A stretch of 64,000 nt of DNA from Parcubacteria bacterium C7867-004 (GTDB lineage: Bacteria; Patescibacteriota; Minisyncoccia; Phycocordibacterales; Phycocordibacteraceae): assembly GCA_001189075.1 (NCBI GenBank), contig LFCN01000006.1:524866-588865 (forward strand), given 5' to 3'. Shown here one piece after another: positions 57,157 through 64,000 of the stretch. The translations under genes were made by a program, and so were the position numbers. Each line of letters opens with the position of its first letter. Within the stretch, counting starts at the first letter, position 1. The notes beneath the pieces are model-generated. The model searched no databases. It had not been told where the DNA came from and saw only the letters and a list, made by a program, of their open reading frames with translations.

Positions 57157-57492
57157 CTATTTACTGCGCCAATAGCCTTTTACATACGTCCCATTTGCTC
57201 GATAGTATCCATTCACCCAAACAGTCTTTGAGACGGCGGGCGTGACCTTAGGCCAGGTCTCCTTCGCTGCCGCGGGTGCTACAACTCTTTTGATCGTAAC
57301 TGGTGTCGCTTTAGGAGCAACCTTCACTGGACAGCCAGAGGTATATCCTAAATCTCCGCAGGTATAACTACCTGTATCTGACGGGCAAGAGTGCCAACGG
57401 TGACAGCCTGACTGGTGGGCAGATACCGATGAAGGCACGAGAGTGAAGGCCAGTGCTGCTAGCAATAGGAGTCCAGGAAGAAGGTTTTTCAT
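57157..57492 (-). CDS. small secreted protein with signal peptide, Cys-rich N-terminal segment and conserved-looking YxxNGTYVKGYWR tail
   Basis: MKNLLPGLLLLAALAFTLVPSSVSA signal peptide; CHRWHSCPSDTGSYTCGDLGYTSGC; C-terminal VNGYYRANGTYVKGYWRSK. Confidence 0.5.
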   Translation of the reverse strand: MKNLLPGLLLLAALAFTLVPSSVSAHQSGCHRWHSCPSDTGSYTCGDLGYTSGCPVKVAPKATPVTIKRVVAPAAAKETWPKVTPAVSKTVWVNGYYRANGTYVKGYWRSK

Positions 57493-57500
57493 AATGACCC

Positions 57501-58058
57501 TTAGAACTTCTCACCTTTCTCCTTGAGAATTTTTTCTACACTTGAGACGGTGTTCTTCGAAGCATCGTTTAACTCCAACTTACCATTTAGAAAACTCTCA
57601 TATTCTGCATCTAACACAATAGAAGGTTTTATTTGTTTAATGCGATTTAAGAAAGATTTAATTTTCTCGTCTGAGTAACTACCCTCTCTTATCGAGTTGT
57701 GGTAAAGCGTACCATCAGATCTTAAGATATATAGATTCATTCTAGATCCAAACCAAGGCAATACGTATTGAGAAAAACGATAGATATATTTTATGCTTAA
57801 TACATCTATTTTATCCTTACCGAAAGTTTTATAACCTGAATTTATCAGTGTACGCGCGTCTTGAATCTCAAGGTATGTGCTAAAGAACGTCCTTATATTT
57901 ACTAATAGGATCATTAGTAGCAGCAACAGGAAAAATATAGTCTGTCGATTTAGTTCATGGAAAAAGTCTTTGCTATATCCTTCAATAAGGAATACACCGA
58001 CTAGCAAAGCTGAAGTATATATTGGAACTAAATTCGATCTAAACAGCTCTTTCTTCAT
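57501..58058 (-). CDS. polytopic membrane protein, candidate immunity protein for the upstream Rhs C-terminal toxin
   Basis: AT-rich; two to three TM helices; start 5 nt after the Rhs stop codon. Its position directly downstream of the Rhs toxin-carrying C-terminus suggests an immunity role. Confidence 0.45.
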   Translation of the reverse strand: MKKELFRSNLVPIYTSALLVGVFLIEGYSKDFFHELNRQTIFFLLLLLMILLVNIRTFFSTYLEIQDARTLINSGYKTFGKDKIDVLSIKYIYRFSQYVLPWFGSRMNLYILRSDGTLYHNSIREGSYSDEKIKSFLNRIKQIKPSIVLDAEYESFLNGKLELNDASKNTVSSVEKILKEKGEKF

Positions 58059-58062
58059 AATT

Positions 58063-61000
58063 TTACCTAGCAAAGATTCTCAACCCAGTTGACACTGAAT
58101 AATTTATAAGATTCTCAGCAAATGCTGGCATGAATGAAGCCGATGATCTTCCCAATGAAGATTCAACACTTTGTCCTGCCATTTTTGCTCCTGCTGCACC
58201 AATTGCTGAAATGCCTGCCTGACCCGCACCAACGTTACCTGAATCTAACATGTTTTGGGCTGCTGCTGATGCGCCCGCATTAAATACTATTCTTCCTATA
58301 GTTGCGTTAACTGAAGCGGCTCCTGCTATCGCGTCTGCTGCGGCTGAAGTTCCATACTGACCAGCAGTACTCTTTGTGCCATTATAGGCATCCCCGGTTG
58401 CTCTCGATGCAGCTCCCACTGCTGCAGAAGCATAGGCCCCAGCCACTACAGCTTCCTGTGCGGTAGCAACAGCAGCTCCCACCAAGCCTGCAACTTGCAT
58501 AGTAGCTACAGGCAAACCAAAGCCAACTTTAAGACCTTGCGTCATCACATTTTGTTTATAGTTATTTGCCGAAACCGGAATATTTGGGTTACGAGGACCA
58601 CCAAGCGCATGAGACATTATTGAGGTGTTCCCCGTAGGGTCTTTTTTAGTAATAGGATTGTTCTCCGCATAGCTATAGCTATTTAAGCTCTGCGGACTCA
58701 TAAGTAACTGATTGTGATCGAGACTGGTAAGAGCCTGAACCTTATTCGGATCACCAAGTGCCAGGAAGCTAGGGTCTTGGGAAAGGAAACCACCGCGCCC
58801 CCCATCGTAGTATCTTGCATTTAGGTACGAGAGGTCGGACTCGTCATCATGCAGCTCCCCGATGTAGCCTCGCTTCTCCTCGAATGAGCCGGACTGGGCC
58901 CGCTCCCCTCCGTAAGGATAGTAGTCAGTTACTTCAGATGCGGCACCCGCATTATTTGATGCAACATTTGTGCTGCCCAAATGATCGGGGTGGATATACT
59001 GGATCGTACTGGTAGCTCCAGCTGTCTCTACGGTCGCAATAAGCTCTCCGCCTGCGTATATACGCTTTGATGTAGTCGTGCCGGTGGTGTCGTAGAGACG
59101 ATTCACATAGCGGGTTGTAGTGCCTGCTGCGACCTTCAGGACACGCTGATTCGTGTGGTCATACGCGTAGGTGGTAGTTGCTCCCCCGCTCTGGGATGCG
59201 GTCATTCGATTCCGGTAGTCCCAGGCGTAGTTCTTTGCCCCGTATGCGGTGAGATTGCCGTTCGTGTCGTAGGCGAGGCTTGTAGAGGCAATGGACGTAG
59301 CTGCGTGCGGATTGGTGTATCCCGTCTCGCCGTACGTATAGCTTCCCTGATCTGACTTGCTCGTTATGTTCCCGATAGGGCTATAGGCATACGTCTGCAA
59401 GTATGGGGTCGAGGACGCAGCGGTCGTCGATGCGGACGTAAGGCGGTTCAGGCCGTCATAGACGTAAGTAACCTGTCTCGCTGCCTGAGTGCCTGAGTAA
59501 TCCTTTATGGCAGTTATGTTACCTACATTGTCGTAGAAGTAGTACGTGTCTTGAACAATATCTGACGTGCTGAGCGCACCTGTGGAGAATGTAGCCGTTT
59601 CAACGCTCCATTCCCCCGCGAAGGTGTGAGTGTCCCAATACTTTATCCTCCAGTAATAGGTTGTTCCGGGAACGAGTGCCGGCCCCACATATGGCAGGAC
59701 CTCGGTCCTCATATTGTTCGGTGTAGAGCTCGCAAGAGGGGTCTTTCCACTATCCCAGTACGGGCTTGTGAAGCTCGAAGAAGTTGCTACTTGGATCTGG
59801 TAGTACAGAGCCAGGTCACCACTATCAATATCGTGATGTATTGCCGAGAATTCGGGAGTATTGTCGGTCAAGTTTGTCGGGTTCGTCTGAGCATTCGTCT
59901 CGAGCGATGTCGGAGGGCCCGGCGGTGCGTACTGCGAAATAGTGAAGGTAGCGTTGGAACTCCATGAGCCCGCAGAGTCAGCAGTATCCCAGAACTTTAC
60001 CCGCCAATAGTACGGCGTTGAGGAAGCGAGAGTAGAGCCCGAATAGGATATATCTGGCGTACGACTACCGACCGGGGTCGAGCTTGAGAGCGCTGTCTTT
60101 CCACTATCCCAGTACGGGCTTGTGAAGCTCGTCGAGGTGCTGACCTGTATCAGGTAGTTGAGCGCGACGTCGCCAGCGTCCGAGTCCCCATAAATTGCTG
60201 AGAACTCAGGGGTAGGGTCAGTGACATCGTTCGGATTGGTACGGCTTTCCGTCTGAAGCGAAGTCGGCTCGGTCGGTGCGAGGTTGTATATCACCACGAG
60301 GTTCGGATCCTGGCTGGTTCCCGTGGTTTCCGCAGATGCGAATACCACAGTGAGCTCAATGGCATCAGTCGTCCAGTTGTTATTGAAGTCGTTATAGGAA
60401 CGGAAGCCGAGTTTTGATACGCCTGTTGGTGTTATAGCAGCAAGTCCGGTGCTATTGAGCGACAGAGATTCATAGGTGTTGAGTGTATAGGTCCCATCGG
60501 TAGTACCGAATGACGTGCTTCCAACCTGGTCATAATCGCCGAGTACGAGGGCAGTATTCGAAGCCGGAGTGGCAGCAACTGCGTATATGCGCTTCTCAGA
60601 ACTTCCAGCAAGAACGTTCGTGATGTACATGTTAACCGTTGCCGCAGTCACGATCGCAGCGTCTGGTAACACTGACGTATCGAATAGAAGGAAGGCACGT
60701 GCGAGACCAACCTTACCATTTGATTTTTCCTCATCACGAGCGTAGAGGTGAGCGCTCAAATCGTCTCCGGCGTTAGAGGCACTCGCGTTTCGGGTCGTAG
60801 TCCAGTTGCTGCTGTCGTTCTTCTCCATCGAACCGTCGACCGAGGTGACTTCTGTATTCGGATCAGGATAGAAGGTAACGGAAGCAGCGAGCGCGTGCTT
60901 CGGCAGGAAGAAGCTCAGTATCATTTCGATGATGGTCGGCTTCTCTTCCTTGGCGGTTACCTCCTTCTGATACTCGTAGGAGGCCTTGGTAGTGATGCCG

Positions 61001-64000
61001 TAGTCGGCAATCCACCACTCGCCTTTTTCGTCCTCATAGTACTGCGGATCGCCTGAGATTATCTCCGCGATAAAGGCGCCTGGCTCGTTTGTTGCGAAAG
61101 TTCGTGAGTGACTAGTTCTCTTGTCAGAAACCTCGCCCGTGATTGTCAGGCCTGCTTCCTGTGCCTTACGGTTGGTGTCTACGCCCACTGGAAGCGAGTC
61201 CACCCTCTGGTCACTCTTGTATGCGTACTTAATTATTCCTTCCTTGATCTCTTTAGAACCGAGATGCCGATCGAGCGGTGCCTTGAATTTTAGCTCTTCT
61301 GCATCAACCGGCAGTGATTTGAGATATTCAGCACGATCCTGGACCGGCGACATCTCATCTGTTGTCGTGGAGGTCTTCTCTTCAGCTGGTACAGTCTCCG
61401 GCGCTGCTGGTTCAACAACGGGAACTACTGGCTCGTCTACCACAGGAGGAGTTACCTCGGGAATTTCTATTGGAGGCTCTTCTGGTACCGGCTTTTCTTC
61501 TACTGGAGGAATTGGTTCATTGTTAGTCTCTGTTGGAACTTCTGGCTGGACTGGTTCTACAGATTCTTCAATTATTTCCTGCTGTGATGGAAGTACCGGT
61601 TCCGCCTGAACTATATTCAGGAGAGAAAGAAGATATGGGTCATTTGAGGCCAGCGCAAGATGACCGCCTTTAAGAATCGACAGTTCCTCGAAGTCCTCGA
61701 ATTGCCCTTCATCCTCCTCTCCTCCGCCACCTCCCATCATCATCTGCATACCGACTTGTCCCGTTAGAGAAGTCCGGATATTCGTCAGCCGATAGAGTTT
61801 TCCTGCCGAGTACGAGTACGTACTGACTGCGCCATTTCCAAACTCCTTATACTTCACCTTTCCAGTTGGCGCGTAGTCGAAATCAGCTATGACATTAGAG
61901 AATGATCCTCCTGATTCCTTTTGCGCAACCGACTCGAGCATGCCCGCGCTGTTATATAGGTAACGTACCTGCGAGGAGTCTGGGTAGGTGGTGTAAACGG
62001 GATTCCCGGCACGATCGTATTCGTAGAGTGTCGTAGCGGTAGTGCTGCTGATGGAACGTGCTTCCGTTGCGACGCGACCGAGTGGATCATAAAGGAAGGT
62101 AGCGACTGCTGAAGTAGAGGTTGCCGAGCAGAGCTGTCCTTTTCCGTCCGTGCACGCGTCGTATGCATAGGAAACCTCAGTGCCTCCCGTGCCTGCGTAG
62201 TCCTCAGTAAGGACACGATTGAGGTCGTCATAGGTGTAGCTTACAACCTGACTCTTCGGGTCGGTTGTCGAAGCGAGGTTGCTTGATGCGTCATACGCGT
62301 AGGACCAGGTGCCATAGGTGCCATCAGCTCCATCATGTATATCTTGCGCGGTAATCCGGCGACCCAAGCTGTCATAGGTGAAGTTACGGACATTGGCGTC
62401 CGCATCGGTTATCTTGGTCAGCTTCTTGTTCCCGTTGTATTCATAGGCACTCGTATACGCACTTACGCCGTTATGTTCAACAACAATAATAAGGTTGTCA
62501 TACGCGTCCTTTGTGAGATCAAGCTGCGTACCTCCCGCATCTGTAACAGTTGTCACCCAGTCATCGAATGCATAAGTCGTATTCCCTACAGAGTTTGATG
62601 CGATAGTCTTCCGCTGAAGCGGATCGTACGTATAACTCTGAAGAAGATAAAGTGCTGGTGCTGAACTTGTACCGGTATATGAGCTCGTATATACGAAATA
62701 CGGGAGCGATTCGCTCTCGAGCAGTCCCCGTGTGTCATAGACATACGTTTTTGCAGCATAGGTATTTGAGCCCTCAGCTTCCGAAAGCTCCTGCACCTTT
62801 CTTCCAAGGCCGTCGGAATACGTAAACGATTCAGCTGTGGTAGTTGCGTCCAGGTATTTGGTGCTTGCCACACGGCGCGGCATGCTGGTATCCGTGTAGG
62901 TGTAGGTGGCCTTTGTTACTAAGGTTGACGGAGTAACACTATCGGGCTGCTTTTCTTCTTTGACACGATCGAACGGATCATACGCAGTCTCAAACGCCCT
63001 TCCATTTGCATTAACCGTACGGAGCGGCTTCCCAGACGAGTAGTCAAATGTAGAAGAGACAGTTTGGCTGAGAGGGTTGGTCGTAGTTGCACGATAGAGA
63101 TTATAGGAATCGTAGGTGTAGGTCGTCTGCTTATCGCGTGGGTCTTTCTCGGTCAGGACCAAACCTCGTGAATCATAGGTCTTCTCGACATCGATCGTAC
63201 TTGATCCAGTCACCCAGGATTCCTGCTTCGTGAGATTACCCTTGTTTATCGAACCGAAGGAGAGAGTGTCGTAATAGTTCTTAGTCTCTCGAATAGTTGT
63301 GTTCGACTGGTTTAAGACTGTCTCTTGAGACTGGAGCGCAAATGGAACCGTCGAGCTCGCGGCATACGATAGGTTGGTTGTGAACTTGTCTGAACCAGTA
63401 TCACTGAAGGATCCGTCGGAGCTTCCCGTCACCTTGCCCCATTCGACCTTCTGGGTCAGATTCCCGGTCGAGTCATCATAGGTATAGGTTTCGGCCTTAT
63501 CGGCATGATCCGAATCCCCGTCATAAGAAAGCTTGGTAGATTGCGTCTTCTTAACAAAATTGGCTTTCCCCACCCGGTTATAGGTCTGCCAGGTATTTAC
63601 GCCGAGCGCGTACAAATGTCCGGAATTGTCATATGCCTCGCTGCGGAACATCTTTCCGATCTTCGACTGGTCGTCTGCGTATTCGCCTGAGGAAGTAGCC
63701 GTGGTATTGCCCTGGTGGAAATAGGACGTGATTACGTTTCCTCCGCTATCGGTTTGTGTCGTCGTACCGAAACCTGCGAGTCGGTGATCGAAAGGGTTGG
63801 CGTAGTAGTTGCTACCGTTCGAATAGGTATAGGTATTCGTCGTGGTCGCGGCTATGCCGTCAAATTTACTCACCGTATTGACGGTCATCAGATTGGCCGG
63901 GAATGTCGGATTAAGCATGGCATTGCTCGAGTCTCGGTAGAACGCGGACGCCTTGTAGGTCGGCACTACGGTAGCTCCTCCCTGTTCGCGCACTAAGGTG
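58063..64000 (-). CDS. Rhs/YD-repeat polymorphic toxin (over 1976 aa; N-terminus beyond window end) with C-terminal Gly/Ala-rich putative membrane-active toxin domain
   Basis: Dozens of YD repeats (YxYDxxGRL-like: TYTYDSYNLYRAT, YEYNGNKKLTKITD...). RHS core end ARYYDGGRGGFLSQDP...NSYSYAENNPITKKDPTGN (DPxGx autoproteolysis motif). A roughly 215-aa glycine-zipper-like C-terminal domain follows. Also an internal Pro/Glu-rich linker and two tandem FN3-like modules. Confidence 0.85.
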   Translation of the reverse strand, partial: TLVREQGGATVVPTYKASAFYRDSSNAMLNPTFPANLMTVNTVSKFDGIAATTTNTYTYSNGSNYYANPFDHRLAGFGTTTQTDSGGNVITSYFHQGNTTATSSGEYADDQSKIGKMFRSEAYDNSGHLYALGVNTWQTYNRVGKANFVKKTQSTKLSYDGDSDHADKAETYTYDDSTGNLTQKVEWGKVTGSSDGSFSDTGSDKFTTNLSYAASSTVPFALQSQETVLNQSNTTIRETKNYYDTLSFGSINKGNLTKQESWVTGSSTIDVEKTYDSRGLVLTEKDPRDKQTTYTYDSYNLYRATTTNPLSQTVSSTFDYSSGKPLRTVNANGRAFETAYDPFDRVKEEKQPDSVTPSTLVTKATYTYTDTSMPRRVASTKYLDATTTAESFTYSDGLGRKVQELSEAEGSNTYAAKTYVYDTRGLLESESLPYFVYTSSYTGTSSAPALYLLQSYTYDPLQRKTIASNSVGNTTYAFDDWVTTVTDAGGTQLDLTKDAYDNLIIVVEHNGVSAYTSAYEYNGNKKLTKITDADANVRNFTYDSLGRRITAQDIHDGADGTYGTWSYAYDASSNLASTTDPKSQVVSYTYDDLNRVLTEDYAGTGGTEVSYAYDACTDGKGQLCSATSTSAVATFLYDPLGRVATEARSISSTTATTLYEYDRAGNPVYTTYPDSSQVRYLYNSAGMLESVAQKESGGSFSNVIADFDYAPTGKVKYKEFGNGAVSTYSYSAGKLYRLTNIRTSLTGQVGMQMMMGGGGGEEDEGQFEDFEELSILKGGHLALASNDPYLLSLLNIVQAEPVLPSQQEIIEESVEPVQPEVPTETNNEPIPPVEEKPVPEEPPIEIPEVTPPVVDEPVVPVVEPAAPETVPAEEKTSTTTDEMSPVQDRAEYLKSLPVDAEELKFKAPLDRHLGSKEIKEGIIKYAYKSDQRVDSLPVGVDTNRKAQEAGLTITGEVSDKRTSHSRTFATNEPGAFIAEIISGDPQYYEDEKGEWWIADYGITTKASYEYQKEVTAKEEKPTIIEMILSFFLPKHALAASVTFYPDPNTEVTSVDGSMEKNDSSNWTTTRNASASNAGDDLSAHLYARDEEKSNGKVGLARAFLLFDTSVLPDAAIVTAATVNMYITNVLAGSSEKRIYAVAATPASNTALVLGDYDQVGSTSFGTTDGTYTLNTYESLSLNSTGLAAITPTGVSKLGFRSYNDFNNNWTTDAIELTVVFASAETTGTSQDPNLVVIYNLAPTEPTSLQTESRTNPNDVTDPTPEFSAIYGDSDAGDVALNYLIQVSTSTSFTSPYWDSGKTALSSSTPVGSRTPDISYSGSTLASSTPYYWRVKFWDTADSAGSWSSNATFTISQYAPPGPPTSLETNAQTNPTNLTDNTPEFSAIHHDIDSGDLALYYQIQVATSSSFTSPYWDSGKTPLASSTPNNMRTEVLPYVGPALVPGTTYYWRIKYWDTHTFAGEWSVETATFSTGALSTSDIVQDTYYFYDNVGNITAIKDYSGTQAARQVTYVYDGLNRLTSASTTAASSTPYLQTYAYSPIGNITSKSDQGSYTYGETGYTNPHAATSIASTSLAYDTNGNLTAYGAKNYAWDYRNRMTASQSGGATTTYAYDHTNQRVLKVAAGTTTRYVNRLYDTTGTTTSKRIYAGGELIATVETAGATSTIQYIHPDHLGSTNVASNNAGAASEVTDYYPYGGERAQSGSFEEKRGYIGELHDDESDLSYLNARYYDGGRGGFLSQDPSFLALGDPNKVQALTSLDHNQLLMSPQSLNSYSYAENNPITKKDPTGNTSIMSHALGGPRNPNIPVSANNYKQNVMTQGLKVGFGLPVATMQVAGLVGAAVATAQEAVVAGAYASAAVGAASRATGDAYNGTKSTAGQYGTSAAADAIAGAASVNATIGRIVFNAGASAAAQNMLDSGNVGAGQAGISAIGAAGAKMAGQSVESSLGRSSASFMPAFAENLINYSVSTGLRIFAR
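59560..60300 (-). repeat. intragenic tandem duplication (2 x about 360 bp) encoding FN3-like modules within the Rhs gene
   Basis: gtctttccactatcccagtacgggcttgtgaagctcg occurs at about 59743 and about 60103. Encoded copies ...FTSPYWDSGKTALSSSTP...YYWRVKFWDT... and ...FTSPYWDSGKTPLASSTP...YYWRIKYWDT.... Confidence 0.7.

Larger units (their letters stand above)
48584..58100. mobile_element. low-GC genomic island / integrative element inserted at the 3' end of tRNA-Asn (right boundary not resolved; may include the Rhs gene to the window end)
   Basis: Abrupt GC drop (about 60% to about 38-40%) exactly at the tRNA; serine recombinase adjacent to the tRNA; cargo of Type III RM, Xis-like protein and unknowns. 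Confidence 0.6.

Noticed and set aside
1-64000. Searched for CRISPR arrays, rRNA genes, IS/transposase genes and prophage structural genes
   Set aside because: No direct-repeat/spacer arrays, no rRNA-like conserved stretches and no transposase or capsid/terminase-like ORFs were seen. The only mobile-element enzyme is the serine recombinase.

Overview
This 64 kb window comes from a high-GC (about 60%) bacterial chromosome with compact, often overlapping genes. From 48.6 kb onwards it carries a foreign low-GC (about 38-40%) island at a tRNA-Asn gene; the tail of the window is a giant Rhs/YD-repeat toxin gene that runs past the window end.

Ordinary content (0-48.5 kb) includes:
- ribosomal and translation genes: rplI (partial), rplU, frr, hpf, cysS, proS, def-fmt, truB
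- replication and repair: dnaB, recR, rmuC, holB
- a truncated division/cell-wall cluster on the minus strand (mraZ-rsmH-ftsL-ftsI-murF, then tRNA-Glu)
- a pbp2-mreD-mreC-mreB-proS block, a second mreB, murA, greA, rseP, ctpA
- transporters: a P-type Ca/Mg-ATPase, an MFS efflux pump and a CorA-like protein.

Three features in this part are unusual:
1. An operon of four co-directional paralogous genes (34.8-42.1 kb), each ending in a PEP-utilizing phosphohistidine 'swivel' domain, with a single ATP-grasp module and five swivel-domain copies in total.
2. A roughly 0.6 kb heavily structured non-coding locus just upstream of def (45.85-46.46 kb), with two sigma70-like promoters, three intrinsic terminators and several perfect 10-12 bp stems.
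3. Two structured, palindrome-rich 5' leaders with alternative hairpins (22.4-22.6 kb and 23.1-23.35 kb).

The island (48.58 kb onwards) contains tRNA-Asn, a large serine recombinase whose reading frame runs antisense into the tRNA, a Type III restriction-modification pair (mod-res), an Xis-like helix-turn-helix protein and two uncharacterised proteins. It ends with a small secreted protein, a membrane immunity-like protein and the Rhs polymorphic toxin, whose C-terminal domain is AT-rich and Gly/Ala-rich.

No rRNA genes or CRISPR arrays were seen. Many long ORFs in the six-frame track are antisense shadows typical of high-GC DNA and are not reported as features.
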